From the NCBI GenBank assembly GCA_036172245.1, contig JAYWIR010000015.1, positions 2,604,001 to 2,668,000 of the forward strand: 64,000 nt of DNA. The letters are read 5' to 3'. The notes beneath the pieces were generated by a model. The model saw only the letters and a program-made list of their open reading frames with translations. It had not been told where the DNA came from and searched no databases. The DNA comes from Raillietiella orientalis (lineage: Eukaryota). Positions 1 to 12,421 of the stretch are shown here, one piece after another (the stretch's first letter is position 1; each line of letters opens with the position of its first letter). A program made the translations under genes and the position numbers.

Positions 1-3000
1 CTTACAAAAGGCAGAAGAAGATTTACGATTATTGCAAAAGAGCCTGGAACAAGCCAAAAGTGAAAAGGACGATGTTTTGTGTCTGAATGAGAAACTTAAA
101 GGTCATTTGTCATTGGATTCCAAGGTAGATATTTTTTTCTATAAACGTATGTTGCAGTCAAGGTATTTTTAAATGAATGCAGTTAGGTTCCAGCAAGGAT
201 TTATGGGAACTTGAAACCCAGAATTTCCTGTTAAAAGAAGAACTTCATCATTTGACTTCCAAGCTGCAAGACAATAGCTGGGTGGCACCATACCAGCTTA
301 AACTGTGGTTGCAGGTTACATTTGAATTGGAGGAAAAAAATTTCAATCTTAAAAAAGAAGCAGCCGAAAAGCAATTTAGGGTTGCCAAAGATGCTGTAAG
401 TGAAGTGCAAAGTCATATTTACCTACATTCTCTACATAGTGTGATAAACTGAAAAAAAAACGAGCACTGACGTTTGGATCCCTTATGTCTTCTGCCCATG
501 GCAAATCAAGTGATGTGGATCAGAGTATATTTCAAGCAAGGTACTGTCAAGGTTACAGAAATATTGTTATAGTTTAAAGAAATGCTTTAGAATGCCTAAT
601 TTTCAAGAATTTAAAGAAAAGTATTTAATATGTAAAAACTGATGAATAATGTATCTATTTATATGTTTAACCAATGACTACCTCATCTTATTTATTATTA
701 TCACAATGTAGATGTAAGATAATCTGAAACATCGGGCATAATTCTCTCATTTCTCTTAGAGTTGTAATAGCACATGTAGGATAGTCAATGGTGTTTTCTT
801 TTACCTTTTTCCAATATCGAAAGAACTAAGGGTTTTATAATACAGTTTAACTTTTCAGCACTATGATTTCCAGGTCTTCTCTTTTGGAGTTGACCCACGA
901 GCTTCAGGAAAGAGCAAATCGCTGGGGCCAGATTGAGAAACTATGCAATTTTGATATTCTTCACAATCCAGGTCTCCATGCCTTGGAATGCATGCTGTGC
1001 TGCTATCCATCCAATGGTTGCCTACTTACTGATCCCAGACTGAATGGTGAGTAATGGATGAGAGATAGCATAAGATCTCTTGCAGAACCTGTACACTCCC
1101 TGCCTCTCCATCACAGCAGTACATCTGCTAATCTTCACCAGCAGAGCATTCTTGGTATCTCTGCTTAGCTTTCATTCCTTTTTTGATACTGGTCTTTCAG
1201 ATCTGGATTCATACCCTAAATTGACAGAATCAAAGAGTTTTAATAATGTTAACACTAATAATCTGTTTCGGGATTCAGTATGTAGCAATCCATTGTTATA
1301 TGTAGAAGATAAAGTCTCAACTGGGGAATCTGCTAAATATCCATCTCATGATTGTCTTTCATTAGAAGGCATTCATTTCCGGGATCTGACCAAGAAAAAC
1401 ATGCTTGGGAAAAAATCCATGCAGAATGTTGGCAAATCATTGAGCCATGACAGCACCTCCCCCATGTTTCAGATGGCTGTACCCAATTTGGTGAGAATTA
1501 TGAGTTTCCAAGGTTTTATACAAAAATAGCACTTTTGTTGATGTAGCAAATACTAAAACCTTTTTTGAAAGTAAAATTAGTTACAATAACGTCATAGTTT
1601 GACCAATTAAAAAAAAAAGACGTTGGTCATAAAATTCGAAAATGAGTGTGGGAATTTTTGTCAAGTCTGAATCACAAAGTGGTTGTTGTAAAAACGACTT
1701 TCTAAGATACTATCTGCACTAACGTTCGCAAACAAAGCATCACGAAATTGAAAGGATATTGGTGTTTTCTATCACATGATATGCTGCCTTGTAAGGCATT
1801 TATAAGGGGGACTAATTAATAAAAAGTCAGGTGAACACTAAACAACCTATTGGGTCATTGATCTTAAGGAGAATATTCATTCATGCCTTCATAAAGATCA
1901 CGATTGTTCCCATTATCGCTATTCTTGCTGAGTATTTTGTATTTCTATTTTTAGTCTTTTGTTTACAATTTTAGAAGTTAAGAAATGTTAAATAGATAGA
2001 TAGCCTAGCTTGTTGTTGTATATATAAGATATCACTCCGGGTAGCTTATTAAAAATGGTAGATTGTTATGTAGGTGCATAGCGATTGTGGTTTGTTATTA
2101 AAAATCAACATTCATTCAGTTATGGATAAAGTTTGAATTTAAAAAAAAATTATTTGGTTGAAATAAGCCATTTCAGAATTTTTTAATGAAAATTATAAAG
2201 TGTGACTCAAACATTGCACAAACAATCTTGAAATAATAAATAACTGAGTCTTAATCAAAATTAGATGATTTTACTATGGGGAAATAATTTTTGAACTTCC
2301 TGTAGTTGTTAAACATCGATATCACATGGGATATCTATGAATCTCCAATAAGGCTTTGTTGCCTTATGTTTCCTGTATTCTCATGGTAACAGAGAACTGA
2401 CTGGGATGAGATCTTCTGATCTCATACCAGTGAATTCTTGGTTATCCATATTATTTCTCTTGGTTATCTCTCTTACTAAGTACTTTTGCTTTATTTGTTT
2501 TTCTTACATAATATTATTGGATATGCATTTTTTTTTTTTGTTATGCTCATTTGTTGTTTTTTTCATTGTGCCTTATCGGTTATGATAGGAATACCATCCA
2601 AGTGTATTGTGTGATCGTATTTTTCTTGATAATCTCCATTTTTTTTCATATAATACGGATTTTTGAAGTATGAATCTGTATTATCTGTTCTTTCCCTTTA
2701 AATAACAAAGTGGCTCATGTGCTACCTAAATGGGAAATATTCATCTAGCAAACATTAAGTGCTCCACACCCAGTAGAATTGAATTAGTAAATTGATTGTA
2801 GATTTAGTAGACAACCCTAAATATTCTGTGAAATTAAAACTGAAGGAACTAAAACATCACTTCAATCACATTATGATCGCATCCTAATGTAATTAAATTG
2901 ATGGACGCCAGTCTCATTTTCATGGTTCTTGATGTTTTTTAGGATAAAAAATTTCCATTATTTTCTTTATTTTTTTGTTAGAAATCTGTAATTTGCCCAT

Positions 3001-3569
3001 GTATGTAACGCTATTCCTATTCAAGAATAAATGACTTTGAAGATCAGTGTCGAAATATAAATAAAAAATATAGGCTTTAACATTAGCCCAGAAGCAATAA
3101 CTTGAGCTATTTTAAATATTCTATTAGAAAACTATCAAAAAAGTCATAAATTTATAAACACTCTTGGAAATGATAATTTCTGAAATAAACGTGTAGGACT
3201 TTATTTCTTTACAGAAAGCACAAGAATTTATGTTTAAAAAATCAACACAGTTGTGCAAAACAATTAACAAAATGGTGTGCAACGCAGTTAACAAAATCTA
3301 TTGATTTTGTTAACTGCGTTGTCTTGCACCAATGCTAGGCAAATGCAAAAAAAAGAAAACTACTTTATTTTCAGATGCTAGAACCACGCCTTAATAAATC
3401 AGAATCCATTATTGATAAGCGTCCAAGAGGTGCTGCAGATGATGATTCTTATTCACTATCAACAATGAGTGCTGATGATGATGATACTTCAGTAATAGAA
3501 ATACCAAAAAAAACAAATCGCACAAAAAAAATTTTAGCAACTCTCAATCGGAAACGAAAAAGGTTATGA
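1..3569 (+). CDS. STIM: Stromal interaction molecule (ER Ca2+ sensor), 5'-truncated; exons approx. <1-124, 183-395, 439-540, 874-1046, 1086-1154, 1201-1490, 3375-3569
   Basis: Spliced translation gives CC1 (LQKAEEDLRLLQKSLEQAK) and CAD/SOAR (WVAPYQLKLWLQVTFELE...CDKLKKKR...HGKSSDVD...ELQERANRWGQIEKLCNFDILHNPG), plus a polybasic tail (KKILATLNRKRKRL). GT-AG introns throughout; the distal exons are less certain. Confidence 0.92.
3280..3321. repeat. Perfect 19-bp inverted repeat with 4-nt loop
   Basis: CAACGCAGTTAACAAAATC tatt GATTTTGTTAACTGCGTTG. Confidence 0.95.
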
Positions 3570-4269
3570 CGGTTACGTATATTTATATATTTTTGTATTT
3601 TGAGTGAAACACAAGTTGGTGGGAATTCATGTTATTATTATACATTCCAATAGTATAAAATATTCTTTGCATTTGGGGCATTTATTTAATGCTAAAGATA
3701 AAGTATGGAGAAATTTTACCACATTATGGCTTAGTAATACGGAATCTGATGTCCATATAAAGATTGCACATTTCCTATCATAGTTTTAGACAACAAAATG
3801 CAATCAGTTTAGTATGGGAGAAATAGCTTTCCGATCAAGTTACACAATGTGCACCAAAAACATTCTACTAAGTGAAAAGATACGAATTTCTTGATGAGAA
3901 ATATCAAACATTGTAAAACTTATTCAGCAATGGAAATGATTGTTTAGAATTAAAAATAAAAAAATCAAAAATGAAATGACAAATTTGAACAAATTGGAGA
4001 TTTTTAATCATATATATTTTGAGAATTCTCTTTCTCTCTAAAAAATTGAAATGCCAGTAGGATGTGTTAATTCCTGCACGAGGTTTCTTTTTTTTTTTCT
4101 CCTCAAATTTTTTGATTAAGACTTGTGATTTTTGTTACTTATCAGTCATTCAATATAATTCGAATCCTTGTATTTAAAGGCTGCCATGTTTATTGCCAAC
4201 TAAAAGAATTCTAACGTAACTGTTTGGAATACAGGTTAGACTAATAATGCAGACAATTCAACATGTACA

Positions 4270-7200
4270 ATGGATTCCAAGACCAGGCGAAGGGCACTTT
4301 GCAGGCAAAATGAGTCTCCTATTCTTTGTGACTAAAATCTTTGACCATATGGGTAAAAGATGATGTTGATAGTTTCTTCTACAATTTGTATCATTTATGT
4401 GTTATGAGCAACACATTCACAAGGAACCAGTTTGACCTCAAGTGTTCAAATGGATGCTTTTGACTAGGCTGGATGAATTATTCTAGCCTCTTTCTCAAAG
4501 TAGTAGTTACTCTACTACTAGAAAAATGAACGGACCCCTTGAATCCATGATTACTCGATCTTTACTTATCGGGGCAATTCCAACATGATGAATTTTTCTT
4601 TTTCGAGTTGCAATTTCTTGAGGATACACATACAACAAACTTGCCATGATATGAAAACTTTATATGATAACAGCCAGTAACTTTGATACATTGCATGAAG
4701 ATCTTGTTCAAAATCAGCCTAACTATTTGTGGGTCAGAAGTTCAATCTAATTCAGTTTCCAAATGATAGAAAATGAAACTTATGTGTTGCCTTATGCAGT
4801 TTAAGGCATCTACCACAATTTCATCTGAACACATTCATCCAAATTTGTTTCTGTTGATTAAGTTTCAAAGCAGCAAGCAAAAGGATGCAATTACAATCTT
4901 ATTACTTTGCATTTAGAGTGATTTAGAGCTACATCCTGAATCTTGGTCCATGACCAAAACCACATTTGATACCTGGTTCAAGTTTTGGCAACAAGTTCTG
5001 CAGAGTCATCAGTCTGCCTTGATCACAATGACATTGAGAAGCAAAAATACCCTTGCTCATCATTGACAAGCTACAGCAAAAGAAATTTCGGTTGTTTTCA
5101 CAGACATCATTATATTGCCACATCTTTTGATGTGGCGATGTAATGATCATCAATACCCCCTGCATTGCAATTTACAGTACAATTGCTTACACTTCAAACA
5201 AGAGTCATTAGCAGTTTCTGTCATTGGTATTGCACGTTTCTCTGTCTAGATGGCCTGAAACCACTCCAAATGAATCCACAACACTTTACTCAAAATCATT
5301 TCGTTCCTGCTGTTTAATTACAATTCTGTTGCATGCTGTTTGGCATTTTCTTCATAAAAAATCAAAAGTGTTTACAAAGCACCTGTAATAACCAGAGCTG
5401 TGCGTGTGGTTCACTGTTTCAGAATGAAATTTACGGAATGTATGCAATAATCCCTAAAATAATAATATACACACTGGCCACGATGACTCGATAACAGAGT
5501 CATTCACCAAAATTAAATCAAATGAAGGTTAGTAAGTGGCTGAAATTCGATACAGCTTTCACTTATTTTGCGGGCTTATCACATCCACCTGTTCGAATGG
5601 CAATGCCACTGTAACAGGAGTTATGTGGATAAGTTGTCACTGATAAAATCAGTCCATGTATTAGATTTACGCAGGATGCTCCCCATTGTGAGCTTCTGGC
5701 TTTGATGTGTTTAACAAGCACTTGAAAGAGTTGAATGCTTAACGTACATCAAAAGGGACGCTACTTTGTAATGACAACCAGTTGAGCTTAACAACGTAAA
5801 ACAATGTAAAAAACAAAATAATGGCAGTATGAATAGAGCTAACGTTAGAAAGAACGAAATCGATATTTTCGCTACCTGATAAACACAATAAAATGAAACG
5901 CGGAGCTATACTGTTCTATGTTTCGGAGATCCCCGGCACTAGCGGCGGGCACAAAGATTATTCCCCTCCCCCCCTCCGCCTCCCCTCATCCGTGCGTTCC
6001 TTCCTCGTGCTGAGGCGGGCATTGGGTCCGCGCGCCGGAAATCCGAACACACGAAGACCGACGGGGGCGCTTCCAACGCCCGCCGCGCCGCCCTCCAAGG
6101 CATCGGCTGGGAGGAGCTGCACCTTCGGGCAATCCTTCCTGGAAACGGAGGAAGATGAGGACAGGAGTGAAGGCCACCGAGCCATGCGCAAAGTCCACAG
6201 TGCCTGCCTGGCACAAGCATGTACGGGGCTCAGAATCACCTGTGGCGCTCTGGTTTTTCGAATTCGAGGAAAGCGGACTTTCGGGTGGACACCAAACCTC
6301 ACCTGCTGTGTACGTACAAGAGCAATGGAGCGGGTTGCGTGCAAAGAGGGAACAAGTGGAAGGACGTGATGGTTCGCGTATCTCCTGCGATCGTACGGCG
6401 CTCCGCAGGGAGTCGACCGACACTTTTTCCGGCTGCCAACCAGGGGCGTGTTAACCCTTTGCGCTCCGCCGACGGGACCTTCGAAGTGGCGCCACCGGCT
6501 CCGCCGAGGGGGGCATGCGTTCGGACGGGGGGCCCGAGTTTTGCATTCTTTACATTGCAGACAAAAAATGTGCAACCCGTTCGTCGGCACGCAAAGCGAG
6601 TGCAAACGAGTGCCGTGAGCGTTCACTCTTTCCTGCCACGGCAAACATTACGCAGTGCAAAGTTGCAATTGCGGTTTCGTAAAGTTTGTTTGTTTTCCAA
6701 CAGGACCTCCGCTTCTCTATGAAAGTTGCTCTCGAACTGCCATCAGTCAGTCCCAAAGCAATTTGATAAAGATGGATAAAGGGATTATGAAAATTCTGAA
6801 CCGAGTGAAAGTGAAGAAGAACTTCACTTATACCCAGTCGATGACAATTTCACTGATGCCGCACCTGAAGAAAGTGCAAGCGATGACGATTCTGGAATTC
6901 GTTCTGGGGATAGAGAAATTACTGCGAAAAGGCGACGAAGAATCGGAATTACTGAGAGTGAAAATTCTTTCGGAGAAGAAGATGAATGGCGGTCGATAGA
7001 ACGGATAGCAAAAGGATTCCAAATAGGGTTAATTCTACAGTACCGCCCGGGGTCACTGGACCACAGATGGCATCTAACACTGCATGGAACCAATAGAATG
7101 TTTCTGGTTATTTTTCACAGAAGTGCTGGAAAAAAGATAAAGGATACCTAAGTCCAAGGGGATCATCGAAGAAGAAACCAACAGCCTCGCGAAAAGAACC

Positions 7201-8600
7201 ATCGCAGCGAAGCACATGACGAATGAACGTTTCTGATTTTTTTTTGTTCTCCGTATCAAAGCAAAGCAAAGTTTGTTTTCGAGTTTCCGATTGCGAAAGT
7301 GTGCTGCCGGTCGGTCGTGTCGACAAACGCTTGGAGTGCAAAGGGTTAATCGGTGCCGTTTAAAATTTTAGAATATGTCCTAAGGGAGCCCAAGTATCGT
7401 ATGGATTTTCTGCCTGGAAAAATGTTGAAATAACTATTTCAAACAAGCATTCGAATAAGAATAGAAGAAAAATACCAAACTGTAGCATCGGCCAGTATTC
7501 AGACAAAACGAATCGTGGCGGACGACACACATCCGACCACAGAAATCATTTTGCAAGATTCAAGGGTTAGGTAATGCTTAGAAACGAAGGGAAACTTTAT
7601 GTGGTGACACTGGTAAGGGGGAAAAAAATCATAATTGGGTAACAAGCACAAACGGATTGGCCAAATCCAAAAAGCATTCGTTTCCAAATAGATACAAAGG
7701 GAAACTAAAAATCGAAGCTCATCGACCTTTGACACGTGAGTGCTTCGATGCACGAGTGAAGATTTTGCAAGCATAGTTAAGTAAACACTCGATCATAACA
7801 AATTGAAGGAAACTTTAACGATTTCATCTTGAAAGGGGAGACCTTGGGAAACGCCCCATGACGGCACGGACACAAACATCTGTTTTAAAGGACCAGACGA
7901 AACCCAACTTGTTTCGAAAACACGCGAATGTAGGATTATAAGCTACGCATATAGGAACTTTTTACAAGAAAAAAAAAAAAAAAAACACGCTGAAACACCT
8001 TCCACGCGTTGTGAATTTGATTTCCGACTGAAAGCGCCGGATCCAGCTGGGCTACTTGCAGGCACAAAAGTGGCTGAGCGTCCCATCCGTGTCTGCAACT
8101 GATTTTCCCCGTTTGCGTTGAGTGGGAGGAACTGGGAGTTCACTTGCAACGTGAAGAGCGACGCTGCTCGGGTCGAGGCGTGACCGGGTGAAGTTCAACG
8201 AAAAGTCACCGGAGGCGTTAACGGATGAGGATTCCCTTGGTCTTGGACCCGGATCGTCTTCCCACGTGTGCCAACCTGGTTCTGAAATCTCCAAACGTAA
8301 CGCATTGGGTGCCAAATCGCACAGAGGACACACACGTGGACTGCGCATCTCATTTCGCGCATTTGTTTTCAACCGCGAATGCACGTTGCAAATGGAAACC
8401 AAATGCAGAATCGTTCCGAAAAGCGAGAGCTTACATCGTGTTCAAATATCAGAGTCTCGGTTTCAGAAAGCAGTTTCCAAATCAGACTGAACGTTGGCAA
8501 CGTTCCAGTTGAGCTTTTTTTCCTTCGTCTTTTATTCGTCGGGAAAGAAAAAGCAGCATCACCAAGATGTGTACCAAAGACGCACGTCGTGTGGCTGTCC
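4270..8600 (-). pseudogene. Decayed multi-domain C-type lectin (mannose-receptor/PLA2R-like tandem CTLD) gene
   Basis: Colinear minus-strand CTLD-like fragments broken by stops and frameshifts: CCFFF..KLNWNVA (~8500), SEPGWHTWED (~8270), DELRFL..AFWIW (~7690), QEGLPEG..SRCLG..GRWK then TQCPP (~6100), WQYNDVCENNRNFFC (~5100), EIATRKEKFI..SWIQG (~4600), ECVAH..HFACKVP (~4300-4420). Confidence 0.55.
6455..7345 (+). mobile_element. Internally deleted, non-autonomous piggyBac DNA transposon (891 bp)
   Basis: TTAA target-site duplications at 6451-6454 and 7346-7349. TIRs CCCTTTGCGCTCC / GGAGTGCAAAGGG (12/13 match). Internal acidic N-terminus followed by PGBD-like EPIECFWLFFTE...IIEEETNSLAK, with stops and frameshifts. 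Confidence 0.88.
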
Positions 8601-9304
8601 TACCATTTGAGTACGAATCGTCCGCAAATAATCAATCTTTCTAGAAAGGATGGCGAAATTGCTGATTTACAAAACTGACAGGTGCTTAATTCGTATTTAT
8701 GTCCTGAACATATTCTGTTCGGAAACAAGTTTTCATGTTCTGGAACGTATTCATCATAGGAATGACCCTTTGCGGTCTACGAGAGACAAACTAATACATC
8801 ACATAAGGTCTAAAGTTAAACAGTACTAACGAGGACGCTAAACTGAAAAGAAATAATTATAAAACGCGGTTAAAGGGCCTACCCACTTCATCAACACGCA
8901 TTTCACAAAAAATTACTCAAAGCTTTCGTACAAAACCCCTGGACTCATCAAAGGATCATACGCAGAGTTCAATGATTTTAACTCCATTGCTTCGGGATAC
9001 AGTGGACCACTTTTCACTTATAAAGAGTTAAAACATGTACACTCAACACTTACAGGTTTTAGTTTAATACACGAGCACTTTAAAGTCATGTGAGTTCATC
9101 ATATGCACTTTTCCAAGACACTTTTTCGATCACTATAAAATATATATACAATGAATGTTTCCTCATTTCCAAAGTTCAATTCCCATACTTCTGTCCATAT
9201 TTGCATCATCAACAGCAAAACCATCGGAAATGATAAAAGCGTCTCGGTGTTAATCTTAAACAAATTGATCTGCAGCTAATTCCCAATTTTTCGAACAGCA
9301 AAAC

Positions 9305-12300
9305 TCAATGGAATTCTTCTGTGACAACGGGAAGTTCTTCTGGATCGAAATCTTCGGCAGACAAGGCACTGCTTTCCATTCTCATATGTCTCAAGTAAGT
9401 CTAAAATTGAAAAACATGCAGGTGCTTTGGATGACAAATTACAAAGCCGTTTCTCTTCCATGGGAAGAGGGAGGAGGAGGGGGGGGGTGGACACCTACTG
9501 AAATCCCAATACAGCAAATATGTAAACATCAATTAAATGGACAGAAAAAAGGAAACATGATGAATACACAAGTACATGGGCAAGCACAACATTTCAGTGA
9601 TGGAAAAATTAAGAAATGACATACTTCAAGCATCATACATTTAATTAAACTGCTGTTGAAATTTTTACTGGGATTTCATGAAAAGTAACTTTTAACCAAA
9701 ATGCCACAAAGTATGAACAAGCACATGTATGAAAATAGCTCAACATTTCTGGTTGTGAAGAGCTGATACTGACAACAAAGTGAAGTGCCACTTACAAATT
9801 CTATCATCAAAACTGAGTTTATACCAGAATCGCTGCTTACAATTTTACGTTCCTTCCCTTACAGCATATTCATTTAAACAAACCTCTGTGTATAATCATA
9901 TGAGATGGAAAACAACCACAAAAAAGGATCTATGGACTGTCATATAATTTAAGATTGCTTAATTATCATATGCTGCATTGCCATTTTTATTTTTAATGTT
10001 TTTTCACCTTCCACTCTTTAAATCCAATGATTATGATCATATATTTTATCTTTTCATTCGATATGAACAAAACATTTGCTCTGATGAAGGGTATGGAGTT
10101 GTAATCAGTAATGAAAAGACAATTGTAAAATTAAATACTTTACAAAATAATAATTATCTTCTTTCAGATATCAGTCAGTGTTGATCTTGGACAATAAATG
10201 AATCTTTATGCGCCCACGAATTCAAGTTATTTCAAAAGTACTTTATAACTGAAAACAACACTACAGATATAAAAAGCTGAAGTGCCTATGAAATTTCTAA
10301 CCAGAGCACACACAAAGGTTTCAGACTCCCTGTGTTCTGTAGCATTCTTTTTTCATAAGGGAATGGAATTAAAATAAAGTTTTTGTTTGAAAACACGAGA
10401 TAAATTAATTTTTTTAATACTATTAATAATATTACATTATTCCAGAATCACTTATCAATCTGCATATTATTATTTACATTGGCCCATTGATTCTAATTAA
10501 ATATATTAATTATATTCTGATATCATCATGCATGAATTTTGATATTAAATTATTAATATGCTAAAGGGAACATATTTCATTAGAAATTCAAGAAAAAGAG
10601 AATTCTTTTTATCTTTTCTACAACAATATCATGAAATAATTTATTAAAAAGTTGTATTAGATGTTACAGATTCTATGCTAAAGCACTTTCTCTTTATGAA
10701 ATCCATTGAAAAAGCAAGACGAAGAACCAACCAATCCAAAGTACAGTTTAGTGATTTATTCATTTATAATTGTTTTCTACATATTATCACTAAATACTCT
10801 GTCACTTGTAGACTTATTTAGCCTTATACGAATTGACCTTAAAATACAACCTCATGGAATAATATATGCATCCAAAACCATGCATTGCTTTGCTATTAAT
10901 TGTCTTGAAGATGAATTTCCACAACTGAGTTGTACTTACCACTTTTGACATTTCAACTGCTTTATGAACAATATGTACATGAGGAAAAGTTTTCTCTTCT
11001 AAATCTCATGGTGCAAATGACTTGGTACTCTTATTAATTTCATTATGCTTCCAGCCATTTTGATTACAGATTTCAAACTTGCATTATATAACAATGATGA
11101 ATGTCTTCTCAACAGAGTAAAGAAAGAAAATTTATTATTTCTTTAACAGATTAAGATTTGGGACTAAATTCTCACAAATCCACATCAAGACATTAGCAAA
11201 ACTTTTCCACATATAACTGTTTAAAAAATCATTCAATTCCTACAAAAATGAGTTTCTTTAAACTTTGATCTTGGCCAAATGGCCAAGAAGCAATAAACAG
11301 TTAAACATTTAAATCACAAAGTCCGTATTCCTCTAGAAAAGCATATGCATAAAAGAACAGATGGACCCATAGTATTTACGGTGAATATTCACTTTAAATA
11401 CTGATTGCATTGACCAAAATATAGATCTTACTCTTTCATTTCAAAATGCTAAATTTTATCATTATCTGAATACATCTTGTAACCTTTGTATCAAATATGT
11501 TTCAGAAATTCATTTGTAAAAAGTATATGACTCAGAGGAAACTAAGTACTTCCCAATTAGTTTATCCTCCCAGCCCTATTAAAATCCAAAATGCTCAAAA
11601 GAATTTGAATTCAGATTTTTGTACTGTATCTAAATGTGGTCTATTACTTGGAAGTTTGAAAGAAAGCTCCTTCAGGCTCACTTCAAAAAAAACGTCTCAA
11701 ATTAAAAAGATTTCTAAAAAACAATAGCAATATATTGTAGGATGGAGAAAATATTATATGGGATAACGAGTGTGAATTTAACGTTTTTGTTGACAAATAC
11801 TATTTGTCTTTAGATAGGTGTTCTTTGAATATTTTTTGAAATTTTTTTCCTAATATTATAAAAAAGTTAACGTTGTTCACCATAATTACAGAAAAAATGG
11901 AATTTTTATGGTCAAACTCCTGGAATGAGTTAGCTCAGAAAAATTCTTTTTTTTGTGAGTGAATATTGTGTATGCATATATGAATTTCAACACAACCAAG
12001 AATTTCATTCGCATAAACCTTGCCTGTACTTCTCTTTTTGCTCCCAAATTTTCGATTCTGTGTAAAACATCAATGAATGCTAATTTCGGAAACAATCTAT
12101 GTGCCCAATGTTCTAGTTCTTTTAGAATTGTCTCCAGATTTTCTTTTTCATGGTTTTCTCTCAACTTGACTTGTTTAAACCGCTTCAACAGCTCCGGTAA
12201 GCCTTTAGCGCTACACAACCTGATGCCATTCATAAAAATTAAGCAATAGACAAATTTTCGAACCTATCAGCATCCAATTTTGGTTGAGGATTCCTTATTA

Positions 12301-12421
12301 CTTTTGTTTTTTTTCCAGGAACCGTATTATCTAGGTTTACATTAAAAATATCCTCAAGCTTTTCAGCATTACTATCCAAATTTTCTGAATTCCTGAATTC
12401 AATGTCATCTTCATGCTCCAT
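9305..12421 (-). CDS. TIPIN: TIMELESS-interacting protein (Swi3/Csm3 family); exons 12421-12264, 12219-12024, 9400-9305
   Basis: Swi3 domain PQPKLDADRLCSAKGLPEL...LEHWAHRLFPKLAFIDVLHRIENLGAKREVQ|TYLRHMRME. One 44-nt GT-AG intron and one 2.6-kb GC-AG intron. Confidence 0.9.

Noticed and set aside
1155..1200. STIM intron starting GTATCT as a possible U12 intron
   Set aside because: Lacks GTATCCT and a clear U12 branch; has a normal pyrimidine tract and short U2-like length.
5893..6722. Long overlapping GC-rich ORFs on both strands
   Set aside because: By-products of high GC across the lectin relic and piggyBac end; no coherent intact protein.
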